64,000 nt of DNA, from the NCBI RefSeq assembly GCF_000143415.4, contig NW_003314272.1, positions 2,815,728-2,879,727 of the forward strand. The letters run 5' to 3'. Within the stretch, counting starts at the first letter, position 1, and the number at the start of each line of letters is the position of its first letter. The position numbers were made by a program, and so were the translations under genes. The notes under the pieces are model-generated. The model did no database searches. It saw only the letters and a program-made list of their open reading frames with translations, and was not told the DNA's origin. Shown piece after piece: positions 11,279 through 26,100 of this stretch. This stretch comes from Selaginella moellendorffii. Lineage: Eukaryota; Plantae; Lycopodiophyta.

Positions 11279-12214
11279 AATTAACAAACTTGTTTGTTTT
11301 GTGGGATGAATTCCTTGTTTTTTCTGCAAGAAATATGTAGAAGAATGAAATATATTTAAACTTTCTTGCTTAAAAGATACTCGAAATATTTTTTATGTGC
11401 TAACTGATCTGCCTTGACTGGAGAAAAAGCCATTTCATCCGTTTGAACGTCAATGCACAGGATCAACAGAATTTGGGAGGCTACTGTTGTTGTTTGAATC
11501 GAATCGTACTCCGCGTCGCCATTGCCATCAGCGACATAGCCTCCCTCAATAACGGTTTGCCAAAAGAGCCGAGGTGTACATGGTACTCCTCAAACATCTC
11601 CAAGCAAATACAAAAAGGAAAAAGTGTGAGCTTGCTTTGATCTGACTCACCAACAAGTGAACCGCATATTGTCACCGAGCCAAGCTTAACTTATAATGGT
11701 TGTACTTGCGTTCAACTTTACTTGTTTCAGTCTCTGCGCAGACAGAGAACTGGCAACTCTTACGAGGAAAGATGGATCTGAAGTTCGATCCAGCCTCCAA
11801 GACGAGCGACCTCCTGCCGTGATCGAGTTTGGAGTTCTTATCACCACCACCATGCACATCGCTCATCTCGTCCTGTATGACTAAGCCCAAGTTGGCCGCC
11901 GATTACTGCAAGCGTTGCCTCTACCAGCTGTCCACGAACCCTTCGTTGTGGCCATGGTCGCGACGAGAACAGGCTGAGAGAGCTTGCGAGATAAGCTCTA
12001 TTCATCGTTGGCAACTGTATTGCGAAGTTAGCTCTTTCAAAGCGTTTCTCTTAAATGAAAGTTTGAAAGGTTTCTTGCCTGGCTGAGAGCTTGCAGTTTT
12101 TCCTCTGGACTCCTTTCAAAATGTAAGTCTCCGATCGTGTCAAGAGAAAGAAAGAATCTATAAATCACAAAATAACCTTACCTAATGCTTGCAGAGAGGT
12201 TTGTGATGGAATGA

Positions 12215-14077
12215 ATGGACGCTGTCTGGAGGTCCAGCTCTTCTCCGCGGCTCACCAGCGATGTAGCAGTAGTGGGTTCTAGTCCAAGTTTGCGCTGCAG
12301 CAGCGACACCACCAAATGCTACGCCGAGGCGTTGCGAAGATGCGGGAGCAGCCAGAACCTATGGGAAGGCAAGAGGCTCCACTTCCTCCTCAAGTCCCGC
12401 GGCTACGACGGCGATACGTTTCTCGGGAATTTGCTCGTCCAGATGTATGGTAAATGCGGCGAGCTGGATCAAGCGCGAAGTGCCTTCGACCGGATAGTCA
12501 CCAGGAACGTCTTCTCTTGGACAATCCTCATCCTCGCCTACTTCCAGAACGGGCTCTTCCGGGACGCTCTCGATGCCTATCAGGAGATGAAGGACGATAG
12601 AGTGGAGCCCGACGACTTCATCTTCTCCATCGCCCTGGGTGCCTGTGGAGCGCTCGGAACTGACGCCCTCGAGGAGGGACGGGCGATTCACTCGCACTTG
12701 ATCGTTGCGTCTTCCAGCGGCGGACAAGCAACGCCACCATCTTTCGGCAAGAGCAGCATCGTCACAACTGGCTTGCTGGACATGTATGCGAAGTGTGGCA
12801 GCGTTGAGGATGCTCGGAGAGCCTTCGACGTGATGGAGCGCAAAGATATCGTTGCCTGGGGAGCTATCATCACGGCCTACTCGGAGCACGGAGATGGAAA
12901 GACCACCCTGGAAATGTTTCGAAAGATGGAGCTGGACGGAACCAAAGCAAACATGTACGCTTACTCTGGAGTGCTGGACGCTTGCTCGAGGTTGGGAGCT
13001 CTCTCCGAGGGCATAGCCTTCCACAGCCGGATCATCGCTCTTGGATTGGAAAAGCACCTGGTGGTGGCCACCGCGATCGTCACCATGTACTCACGATGCG
13101 GGAGAATGCACGAAGCCAGGATCGCATTCGACACAGTCAAAAAGAAAGATCTCGTATGCTGGAACACGCTGCTCGCCGGATATGCCCAGCACGGGCATAG
13201 CAACGACGCCCTGCAATTATTCCAAGAGATGGTCATGGAGTCGTGCGAAATGAACCGAGTTACCTTTAACAGTATCTTGCACGCTTGCAGCCACACCGGA
13301 CTTGTGGAACTGGCCAGGAGTTACTTCGTGTCAATGACGATGGATCACGGCATTTCCCACGAGGTCGACCACTTCGTGCGCTTGATTGACGTTCTCGGCC
13401 GGGCTGGATGGGTCACTCAAGCCGAGGAGGTGGTGGACGAGATGCCTTTCCAGCCGACGAGTGTTATCTGGGTGACGCTACTCGGTTGTTACAAGATGCA
13501 CGGCCGCGTGGAGAGAGCCGAGCTCGTTGCCGATCGCGTTCTGGAATTGGATCCGGCGAATACCGCTGCGTTTGTGCTCCTCTCCAGTATCTATGGCCGA
13601 GTTGGGAGGTGGGATGACGTCCGGAGAATTCGACGAGCGATGCAAGAGAGAGGTTGGAAGAAGCTCCCAGGACAAAGTTATATCGAGATTAAGAATAGGT
13701 TGCACGAGTTTGGCACGACCGGCAAGCTGCACCCACAAACTGATAAACTTAAAGCCGAGTTGGAAAGGCTGGACCGGCAAATGCAAGAAGCTGGCTATGT
13801 ACCTGATATGAACGAGGTGCTGAGGGATGTTGAGACGATGGAAGAAAATGTGGAGCATCTCGGCTATCACAGCGAAAGAGTTGCTTTAGCTTTTGGTTTG
13901 TTGACAACTGATCCTGGCACCCCGCTTCAAATCGTCAAGAACTTACGGATCTGCTCCGAGTGCCATGCTGCAATCAAAGTCACTTCCAGGATCGTCGGCA
14001 GAGCTATAGTTGTAAGAGATGTAACATGTTACCATCACTTTGAGCATGGACAATGCTCCTGTAAAGACCACTGGTGA
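12215..14077 (+). CDS. PLS-class pentatricopeptide repeat protein with E and DYW domains (organellar C-to-U editing factor type)
   Basis: Repeated MYxKCG/xxSW PLS motifs, PG box (PGQSYIEI), HSER...CSECH zinc-deaminase signature, C-terminal CSCKDHW. Intronless, 620 aa. Confidence 0.95.
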   Translation: MDAVWRSSSSPRLTSDVAVVGSSPSLRCSSDTTKCYAEALRRCGSSQNLWEGKRLHFLLKSRGYDGDTFLGNLLVQMYGKCGELDQARSAFDRIVTRNVFSWTILILAYFQNGLFRDALDAYQEMKDDRVEPDDFIFSIALGACGALGTDALEEGRAIHSHLIVASSSGGQATPPSFGKSSIVTTGLLDMYAKCGSVEDARRAFDVMERKDIVAWGAIITAYSEHGDGKTTLEMFRKMELDGTKANMYAYSGVLDACSRLGALSEGIAFHSRIIALGLEKHLVVATAIVTMYSRCGRMHEARIAFDTVKKKDLVCWNTLLAGYAQHGHSNDALQLFQEMVMESCEMNRVTFNSILHACSHTGLVELARSYFVSMTMDHGISHEVDHFVRLIDVLGRAGWVTQAEEVVDEMPFQPTSVIWVTLLGCYKMHGRVERAELVADRVLELDPANTAAFVLLSSIYGRVGRWDDVRRIRRAMQERGWKKLPGQSYIEIKNRLHEFGTTGKLHPQTDKLKAELERLDRQMQEAGYVPDMNEVLRDVETMEENVEHLGYHSERVALAFGLLTTDPGTPLQIVKNLRICSECHAAIKVTSRIVGRAIVVRDVTCYHHFEHGQCSCKDHW

Positions 14078-14095
14078 AGTTGTCGATCGGATGAT

Positions 14096-16730
14096 TCATC
14101 CAATAAGCGACTTACAGTATCTGTACAGATTACAAACCAGGTAGTGAAGATGCAAAACAATTTTAAAGGCACCTGTCCAAAAGTTCTGCTTTGTGCTTAA
14201 TGTCAGAGGCCCATACAGCCGGCTTCGCATATTTTGGCAGGATCGCCTGGCTGTGTTTCGCTTCCCTAAGCCATAACTCCGCTTGATCGCATTCCGAAAA
14301 GACCTAGAAGAGAAAAACAAATAAAAATGTTGAGACTAACAAAACAATCACTTGCCCTTTCAATACGAAACTGATCAAGATGAGCACCCCTGGCAATAGC
14401 AGCATTTCGCACATTCTCGATGTGCCTTTGCATGTCTGACATTGCAGCATCACGAGCATGCTCCTCGGCCACCCGTTCTTCGAGTGACTTCACGAGCTGC
14501 ATTTACAAGTAAGCACTGAAGGCAATTGTCGCAATTTTACCATTTTAAGGTCCGCTAGCTTTGCAGCATAGACAGTTTTAGTCTCATTGTCTCCTCCTTC
14601 GTACAACCATGTTTCGGTATCTTGGAGTTTCTTCAGTAAATCTTTCTTCTCCGTTTCACTTGCATATTCTTGTAATTTTCCATAAAACTGCATGCATCAA
14701 TCGGTAAGAATCCCACAAGCAGTCATTGCAAATACCTTGTTTCGCATGTCATACACTAGAGCTTCCAATGCATTCTTCGCCTCTTTCGTTTCTTCGGACA
14801 CTCGATCCTGGAATTCCATCTCAAACTCTTTCTCGATGGCATTTTGCAGCTCCAATGAGGACAGCTCCTTCGTTGTCATTTCCACGATTGGCACATCAGT
14901 GTGTCTCAATCTTCTCATCCTACTTTGTCCCTGAAAACGACAGAGAGACGTTTCCTAGAGATTCTTAAAACGCTCTCTGATACCTGCTGCATGCCTGATT
15001 CCAGTTCTTCATCTTCCATAAGCTACAAATCCCATGACCAGATGAATGTCGAAAAACAAAAAAGACGAGACTTTTTTGCTATACTTACAGTGGCTGATGA
15101 CAACATGAGTATTCCATGCTGATTCAGGTGAATTGAAAGCCTTAGACGCGAAGATTCTGGTTTCCTGCAGCTCAAAGGTCCCACCTGAAGCGGATCGCAA
15201 TAAAAAACCATTCTGAAGTATCACAAGTTCTTACAGTAAATGTTGCAAAAGGGTTCGAAGCGCTTGCCGAAAGTTCAGTCAAATCTCCATATAACACTCG
15301 AATCTCGAATATCGGATTAGTTACCCAGAAAGTGAGCTGTTTGGACGTAGGAAACGACACCCCTCGCCGAAAAACAATGCTGTTTGGAAGAATCTGTGGA
15401 ACGATGGATGCTGAAGGAGTCGTGGGATCGTCAAGACCATACTCAAACGCTGCGGGTCCAGCCCACGAGAACGCTACAGGGAACAGGAAATAGTCATGGA
15501 CCTGTAGCAGCGAAACATATCAACACAACTAAAAAAATTGAAGGAATGCTTTACCTCGAGCTTCTTAACTCGAAAAGTTGGACTGAACATCGCACCTTGG
15601 AGAGCACAGCCGCGAGCAATGCTTTCGCTCGCATTTAAAGTCCTGCTAGGCTCCCTCCTAAAAGCGGCAGCGAGAACTCTAGCGATCGCAGGAACTCTGG
15701 AACCAGAACCGATCACTTCCACAGCGGAGATATCGTCCACAGCCAGTTCCGAATCCGTTAAAGCTCTTTCACAAGCATGCCTGATCCTCTGTAGCAGCGG
15801 GGCACACAGCTTCTCAAACTCTTCTCTCGTAATAAAGCCTTTGACGTCCTTCTCGTCCATGAGACACTCGATGCTGATGGGAGCCTCGGCATTGGCACTA
15901 AGGATCTTCTTCAGCTTCTCGCACGCTCTTCTCAATCTCTGGCAAGCCCGCGAGTTGGACAGGACGTCGATCCTGTAGGTGGCGGAGAACTTCGCAGCAA
16001 AGTGGCTGAACAGCACCTCGTCAAAGTCCCGGCCCCCGAGACACCGATCAAACGCGTAGGATAGAACTCGCAGCACACCTCTCCGGAGAGCCACGACCGC
16101 CACCTGGGTGTGCGCATGCCCGACGTCCACAAAAGCCACGAAGATTTCCCGAGTCTCGTGAAGAAGATCCGTCCGATAGAGGCCATAAGATATCGCGGCG
16201 GCAGTCGTCTCGTGGATGAGCTTGAGAGGCCGGAGACCCGCAATCGCAGCAGCATCGACGTAAGCTCGCCTCTGGACGTCGTCCATGAAAGCTGGAGTTC
16301 CTATCACGCACTCCCCTGGAGCTACTCCCATCATGTTCTTGGCTGCGATCGACTTCAAGTGCGCTAGAACCATCCCAAGCAGCTCCGTGGCCCCGAAGAT
16401 CCTGTGCTCGCCGAGATAGGAGACGTGGATCGCCGGCCATCCCCCTCTTCCCTCGGTGACAAGGCACGGCATGAGCTTGAGGTCGCTCTGGAGCTCCGGA
16501 TCCCGAAATTTCCTGCCGATAATCCTCTTGATCTGCCACACCGTGTTCTTGAGATTCCCCAGCGCCGACGCCGCGCCGGATGCGCCAATGCAGCGATCGC
16601 GCTGCGTGAAGGAGATGACAGAGGGCGTCTCGCGGCTGGATTCCTCGTCGAGAAAGACATCGACGCCGCCCTGCCGCGCGATCGCAATGCGGCTGTGCTC
16701 GTTGCCAAGATCCAGCCCTAGGCAGCTCAT
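14096..16730 (-). CDS. Hsp110/SSE-type Hsp70-family chaperone (multi-exon)
   Basis: GLDLGNE..RETPS..ETTAAA..LGGRDFDE..GSGSRVPA NBD in exon 15555-16730. Further exons (15235-15501, 15089-15184, then AKNALEALVY, ETWLYEGG, CDQAELWLRE) are separated by short GT-AG introns. Last exon RYCKSLIG* ends at 14096. Confidence 0.9.
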
Positions 16731-16951
16731 GGCGCCGCGACGACGTACCTCTGGATGATCTTGGATCCCTAAAATATGTTATATCCAAAGTAGAAAAGTT
16801 AACTAAAAGGCATTCATGGTAAAGTTTATCCCTCCAAGATTTTAACTAAGGATCATCTGTACTGCGCCATCGAGATTTCTAGCGAATCCATTATACGTGC
16901 TTTCCTTTAAAATGACCCTAGAGTCGTATAGATTGTATCACTAACTCGGAA

Positions 16952-17790
<839 letters not shown>

Positions 17791-18112
17791 TTTCTCGTGG
17801 ATGAAACTTAAACTGTTAGGAAATCACACTTTCTCTGTTTTTTATCTTAAAAAGTCGGAGGCGAAATAGTTACGTTTTTGTAATTTTCTACAACTATGTA
17901 CCGTGAAGTTACGTTTCTCTTGCACGAGCTTTGACATTCCAAAGGTAACTTGGAAGAAAATGGATCCTGCTATCGCTTATGCAGGTAGAATTGTTCTCAA
18001 GATTGAGTACAGTCAATCATGGAAGCGCCACAAGAGATTCAACAACAATAAGAACATCCTCTCATTCTCAGGAGAAGAAGCAGTTCTTTTTCTCCTAAAA
18101 GTTGGCTTTTGA

Positions 18113-18965
<853 letters not shown>

Positions 18966-19249
18966 TTTTCTGTTAAATGCACTACTTGGTAACCTAATCC
19001 CATATCTCATATAATATGGGATATAAATCTCATTTCAATGCATGATTTATGGTAAGGGTTATTAAATGAGTGTGAAGTGGATTTTTATTAGTCCAAAAAC
19101 CCTATTTTTTATACAAGTTTGGATTGAAACCAATCCGATAATTCAAAATCCACTATAGTAATATTATATACAACTTTTAATATTAATATATATCATTGTA
19201 ATTGTATACTTGGATTTCATCTCCTTTTCTTAGAAGGATAGAAGGCAAT

Positions 19250-20101
19250 TAAGTTCTTTAGTTTAGGTTGGGATCTAGAGGAACATTAAGAAGAGGCACC
19301 AATAGATTTGTAAGTGGTATTAATTGCTCTTGATCCCTTTGTACGAAGTATTTTAGCTATTGTATATGTATAATTTTTGGAGGATTAGCTTATTGAATAT
19401 AATGCCAAACTTCATAAACTTGAAATCCAACTTACTACAACACCTGATACGGTCCCTTCACTAAACAAGAAGCCTTTTAGACAAACCATATACCGTAAAA
19501 TTGAGAAAATTGACTAACACCAAGTCATTCACTTTGTACTTCATAGGTGGACAATGATGGGAATTGTAGTGCCATTGTTGTCCCACTTGTATGTGGCCTA
19601 AAAATTTAGTAGACTCAACTCAGACAACTGGAAGAATGCTCTTTAAATATTAATCCCAAGATCTAATATCGGCAACTCAACTCTGTTAATAATATTGGAT
19701 CATTACCATATAGAAGTTTATATAGTGAAGCACTAATAGAATTTTATACCCCTATAATATACACATACCAAAAAGAGGGCAAATAATCATCTCAATCTAA
19801 ATGTTAAAGTTCATATACTTCATAATCATCCCTTTAAAGGTCCAAATGAGCTATTCCACTAAACCGATAAAACACTTGTAAAAGTATGGTGTATCCCCAG
19901 TCAAGATGTTAAAACATGAAATGCCTTAGCCATAAATGCAAGACCATTATCTGAGAGAATTCGCTCTAGATAGGAATATTGAAACACCACTTGATTGAGG
20001 AGGAAGTACTCAACAATAGTTGTTAATGCACTAGCAAGAACACCAACTTCCACTTAGTGAGTCAAGTAGTCAAAGGCAATAATAGCATACTTATTGCTAA
20101 T
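19250..20101 (-). mobile_element. Old Ty3/Gypsy host element (A): degraded integrase
   Basis: Minus-strand remnants such as KYAIIAFDYLT..VEV, ERILSDNG and HTGDTPYF. Continues directly across the 20102-27477 insertion. Confidence 0.6.
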
Positions 20102-23100
20102 TGTCGCGAATGTGACTTCGGGTATCGAAAGTTACCTGTCGGCTAGTCCTTTCAGATATTCTTTCTTTACTGCCACGACGGCAGGAGGTTGGTATTGCTG
20201 GACCCGTTATTAGTCTCCGCCTAAACTAGTTGAGAAATTGGTCATCACATATGCACTTAGACCAAAAGGGCACTAAGGAAGGAAGTCCTAAGTTGTCATT
20301 TAGTCAAGCAGACTTGACACGGTGATGAGAAACTCATGATGTTGATTTGCACTTGTTAGTGTTAGGAACCCCTGCAATATTGAGCTTGGTCCCTCAATAT
20401 CGCTAGATGATAGCTTACCATGTCTGCCAAACACCCTTGCTATCATGCCCTTCGTGTTAGTTTCATTTCGGTCCCAAATGCTATTTATGGAAAGTGTCCA
20501 GATTTGCTCATTTGGCATATCTACAGAATATAGAGATCATTCTGAACACAATGGTGTTCATCCCGTGTCCAAATTCACAATCTAGGGACATTCCATATTT
20601 AGTAAGTTTCGAGCTTGTCTTAGAGACTAACTCCTGATACTAAGGGAAGTTTGGGGTGAAAGCCCAAAGCATGTGTTCCTCAAAGGGGGGGGGNNNNNNN
20701 NNNNNNNNNNNNNNNNNNNNNNNNNNNNNNNNNNNNNNNNNNNNNNNNNNNNNNNNNNNNNNNNNNNNNNNNNNNNNNNNNNNNNNNNNNNNNGGGGGCT
20801 GTGGGGGGTTCCAAATGTATAGTAGGGATAGTGGGTAGGTCGGGCATGGCTAACCAACCTGAGGTATAGTCTAACTCCTGCTTGTGTGCCTGTCCTTGTT
20901 TTGTGTTCGGCTTGGGTCTAAGCCCAAGTTCCATTCCATGCTAGTTGGTGGAGTACCTATGTTCTCGCGTTAGGCCACCGGTATGCCGAAATAGCGCCAG
21001 ACTCCATTTGGCTCCGTTTTGCGTGCTGGTCCTGGCATTGGGATGCTGGTTACTCTAGGACTGTTCCAAGTCGCTCCGGGCTCCTGTCCCTTCGCTCCTT
21101 GGGCTTTATGCTCGGGAGTTGCTCCGTGGTTCGGTCCCGTCACTCCTTGGCTCCATGCTTGAGAGTTTGGCACCGTTCTTTCGTTTAGTGGCCCAAGGCC
21201 TTGAACCTCAGGTTCCTATGGACACGTGGCATGTGACACGTGGCATCTGTCACATGGCACATAAAGGGTTTAGGTTCCGCTTCGTAGTGTTATCCTATGG
21301 TAAATCACCATAGGATAAAGGGTCAAAACCACGTGCGCTACATTTGGTATCAGAGGATGAGTCTCGGCGACTACTATCCAATGAGATTGGGCAACTAGTC
21401 TCATTGCATATGTAGAGATGAAAACAATGATCCGAGTGGGTATACGTTTGGGTGCAAAGACTTCGCGTCTGCTCCTTGGGTATGGATTTGGTTACCTTAT
21501 TGTACCGTAATAATGTGAGCTTGCTCTTGGGCTTATAAGATGGATTGAGTTGTATCATTTTGTATGAGTTTGAGCTTGGGCTCGTGAGTGAGGCACATTG
21601 GCAACTCAAGGTTACACTTTGAGTTGGCAGGATTAATGTTAGCCTATCGGTGGTTCCATGAGTTGTTCCATGTACCGTGGGTGAAAGCAAACTTTCCCTA
21701 GGTTTGCTATGAGTGGCAAATAGGTTGGTCCGTAGCTGTTTAGCATGGCACTAGTGGATCCTTCCTAGGCATGATTATAAGTGGATCAATCAAGACTATA
21801 GGAATGAGTCTATTGATTCAAGTAATTAATGCTATGCTCTTTCATAAACTTTTCTTGGATTGGATTGAAGGCAGTGCGAAAGCAAGCTTGAGGTTTAGTC
21901 AAAAATGAGACCGAAAAGAGAGTTGTCAGGGACGAAGGATCAAACACGTAAATCATCTTCTCTTCTTGGAGAGATGATTTGCAACAAGATGTGACTCATT
22001 GCTTGTGTTCACATCATGCAATCAAGAGTCCCTATCTTGATGTATGTTGGAGAAGATGGTCTTACAATAATGAGTTGTGGAATGGATAACAGTGAAGCGC
22101 TATACCATTTTGTCTAGGTTTGCTATTCGAAGACTTGGGTTACAATGCTCAATTCTTTTCTGGGAAACCTTGCTATTGCTCCTTGAGTAGCTTAGTGTTG
22201 GATTAGTGCTGAGTTTGGTCGAATGGAGAGTAGCATGAGCTTGTTCATGTTGTGAACAAAAGTTAGTGGTGTTGAGTGTTGTAAATCTCTATCGGTGGAG
22301 TGTGGCATTTATGTTGTATTTTGTCGAATCGAGTTGGCACTTAATGCTCATATAAACCTTTATAGTAATGACATGGGCATTGCTTGCAGTGTTGCTTGGT
22401 TGATGATCAAGTCATTGTGATTTTTATATCATATCCATGTGATAGTGAGCAATATGTTTAGGAAGTTGCTTGGTTAAATAATGATCAACCCCAAAGTGGT
22501 TGATGGAGAAGCTAGTCTACTTGCACGTAGTAGCATTGTAGTAGCTTTGACTGGATTCTCGATGGTGGTCCATTATACTAAGTTTACGTTGGTTCCTTAT
22601 TCCTTGAGGATTTGCCCATTAGGTATTAGAAAAGGGTTGTAGCATGCATTTGCTATAGCTCATTAGGTTATCCGTTAACACTTAAAGTAGATTGTTGGGT
22701 AGAGAAGGTGTGAGGTTGAGGCATTGACATTACTAGCACTTGTGTTAGTGGAAGTGGCATTGTTATTTTAAGTGATGAGGAAGTTTCCTTAGAGCTTGAT
22801 TTTCCATGTCATTTTTCTTATTAGTGTTTTAGCTTCACATTGGATCTTGAAGGTGGTTGAAGAAGAGTGTTAGTGCAAGGTGGATATCCGAAGATGTGGT
22901 CTTCATGATCAAGCCTTGGATGTTCCATTTGCATTTTACGGATGTCGGTGTTGGATGTCGAAAGAATGGGCAAAAAGATGTTCGAGGCTTAAACATACTA
23001 TGGGTTATGAGAATTTGTGTTGAGGTGAACCTATGTGAAGTTGTAGGTAGGAGGAAGTTGGTTGAGTCTTGGAAGTTTGTATTCCTAGACTGAGAGTCAT

Positions 23101-26100
23101 TCTTTCTCTAGGTTGGAAAATTTTCCACAAATTTTCTTGGACTTTTCCAATAGCTGATCTGTTGGTCACTTTGCTCGAAAACCATTCCGTTTTTGTAAGC
23201 CAGTACAAACTAGTGAAGGGGTTGGGGTTGACTTTGGTTAGCTTAAATCTTAGTAAGTAGTTTGTATGATGCAGCCCGAAAGGGATGCTAACTTTTGGGG
23301 TTAAGGCAATTGAGTTGGATAGAGTTTGGAGTTGGTGTAGAAAAGTGGCCGTTGTGCTTTTCTAGAAAGGTGACCCTTGTGCCTTTCTTCTGTAGCGTTG
23401 TGCTTGGTGGCAGGTTGCACTTTGCATTTCGTTAGACTCTATGAGAGTAGTGAGCTCTCACTGATCTTGACTTGGTCTTGGTGGCCCTGCGCCTTGGCTA
23501 AGGATGGTGATGTTCAACTTAGTTGTTTGAGTTTGAGATGTTGGTACCCGTAATATAGCTTTGTCTATAAGGAGGTTGTGTATCAATATAAGTCCATCTC
23601 ATGGTCTTCACTTGAGTTTTGACTTAGTATTGGTCATGCATAGTTAGCCTCTTCAAGGCATGCTCAGAGCTATTGACTAGATGTGTTGATGAGTTTATCA
23701 CGGTTGAGTTGGATTTGAGTGGTCATTTAGTTTGTGCTTGTCCACGAACTTTTATCTCATGGCTGGGGTATTACGTTCATGTTGGCCAAATATATAACTC
23801 AATGACACAAGTTTAGTGTTCGGGTCTTGTGAAGGCAAGTTGACAAGTGGTTGTTAGTTGCTTGGCAACTAGTGATTGCTTGTAGACTTTGTCAAGAGAT
23901 TTTGACATTTGCTTCACTCGATGATGATTTAGCAGTGATGGGTTTGCTTTATCGGATAGTGTTGTGGAGGATCGTGTTGTTAAACTTACATGGTTTGTCC
24001 ATGTTGGTATGTTGGCTTTACCTTTGTCGATATCATTTGATTGCATTTAGTTCGTGGTGTTAGATTTCATGGAGTCTTGGATGTGGTGATTCACTCCTTG
24101 AGGAAGTGTTATCTATAATTGAGTTTTGCTGAAGGATTGATCTCAGATACTGAATAAAGTATCTTCGACCTTGGTTAGCCTAGTTGCTAGGAAGTTTGGG
24201 TGGTGATTCACTCATGCTTTCTTCTAGCTTTGTTATGGTGTTGATGGCATTGAAGTGATGCCTTGCCGTTGACATTGTTGATATTGAGATTTAAGTGGAA
24301 TGAGATGTCTCTTCAAAAGATTGATGTCGAGTTTCATTACTTTCAATAAAGATAGTGTTGATGATTTGGCCATGACTTTGTGTTATTAGCATTCGTGCAT
24401 TTGCTAGTTAGCAACTATATTGATGTTCAAACAAGTTGAGTGGCAAGTTTGAGTTAGTTGTGTTCTAGACAAGATTGTTTTAGTAGAGGTTGAGCTTTGC
24501 GCTTTTCCTTGAAAAGTGATTTCGTCATGGACTATGCTAACTCTACGAGAAGAAGAGTTAGTGATCGATATTGAAATGTTTGAATCCTTGTTGGATTTGA
24601 GTTAGAATATATCGATCATTGATGATTCTTCTTGTACTTGTTACGAAGTGAGTTGCGTCTTGCTATAGATGGATTTATGGAGGATCGTTTGGTGATCACT
24701 TGTTGAGCATCGCTTTGATATGCTTAGCTTTTGGATTGATGCAGACATGCAAACATGCTCTTCATTAGCTTTGGCATTATGAAGTTTAACTTGTGGATTT
24801 GTTGAGGAGGATATTGTGGGTTGTACCATGGTTTCTTCTTTAGCATTGAAATTAGTTTATGCAAGACTCGTGATTGTTGTTAGGCAAGACTTAGTTATAG
24901 ACTTCTTCAAACTTTTAGTTCTTTGAGTTTTATGCTTATTGTTCCATTTGTTAAACGTTGTTGGGGAAGGCATTTTGGCTCATTAGCTTCAATGTTGAAG
25001 TTGACTTTTGCATCTAGCAATCATTGGTGATAATTGACTATCATCTAGGATAGTTGATAATCCTTGTCAAAAAGTTTTGCTTGATTGTTGTTGATATAGA
25101 CTAATTTGCCATTCTTTAGGATGGTAGATTCTTTCTTCGACAATGATTATGCATCTCTTTATTGATGGGATGATTAATGATCTTTCGTGATGGTTAATTG
25201 TTCTCCTTGATGGCTTTTGGCTTTTCGCAATACTACATGTTCTTTGTGGTTTGCTTTGGATTAGTCTCTTGGGTTTGAAACATCCGTAGGATGTTGCTAA
25301 CACTTGTTTGAGCAACTCTGGTTCCTTCGTGTTATTGACTGGGATCTATTCAGATTGACTTCTATGATAGTTGGCATGAATGGGTGTTTGTTGGTCTTAC
25401 CGCATTCATTCTGTTCTGTTGATTATTGCTCGAGTTAGTTCTGATAGGTTGGGATGTTATTTCCTTCGGATGATACATTCGCGAGTATTATGCTTGTTAG
25501 TCAATGATACTTTGTGCTCTTTGAGTTATCTCTAGTAAGTTGTTGGTTTACTGTCTACTATCTTTGGTAGTTAAGTTTCATCATTGAGTTTCCTTGATGA
25601 TATACTAGCTATTGAATTTTGTTGGATGGTGCATTATGTGTTTACTAGTTACAATGATCTTGGTGGTTTCTATACTATACTACTAGTTTATCGGATGATA
25701 ACTTACTTGGAATACTTTTGTGTTCTAATCTAAGATATACTCACTGATAATTAAGTCTCTAAGATATCATTGTCTATGACTTTGATATAGTCCATTTATT
25801 AATCTTTGAGTTTGGGCCAGTATAGGCAGACTGACTTCGGCACTTCGTGTGCATGCTGAAATCTTTAGTCATGGGTTAGCTACTATCAACTGGTCACATA
25901 ACTTGCCTCTCTGTCGATGTTCTTTATTCCATTAAAAGGGCGTGACCGTGTAAACAACTTTAACTACCTATTTACAGTAGTCTATCTAAACCTTACCAAC
26001 GGGTTTGGTTTCTTTGCTCAGGAGGGTTGGGGCTTTTTGCTTCTCTCTCTATGTTCCTACAGGCAGGGGCGTATCACACTTTTGTAAGCTGGGTGACTCC

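Larger units (their letters stand above)
9294..12111 (+). repeat. Right arm of the large inverted duplication
   Basis: Reverse-complement match to 1..2839. Confidence 0.95.

Noticed and set aside
12359-13057. 232-aa antisense ORF within the PPR gene (and 16048-16788 within Hsp110)
   Set aside because: Shadow ORFs of GC-rich coding sequence with no recognisable motifs.
16731-16950. Heat-shock elements upstream of Hsp110
   Set aside because: Only partial GAA/TTC units; no convincing three-unit nGAAn array.
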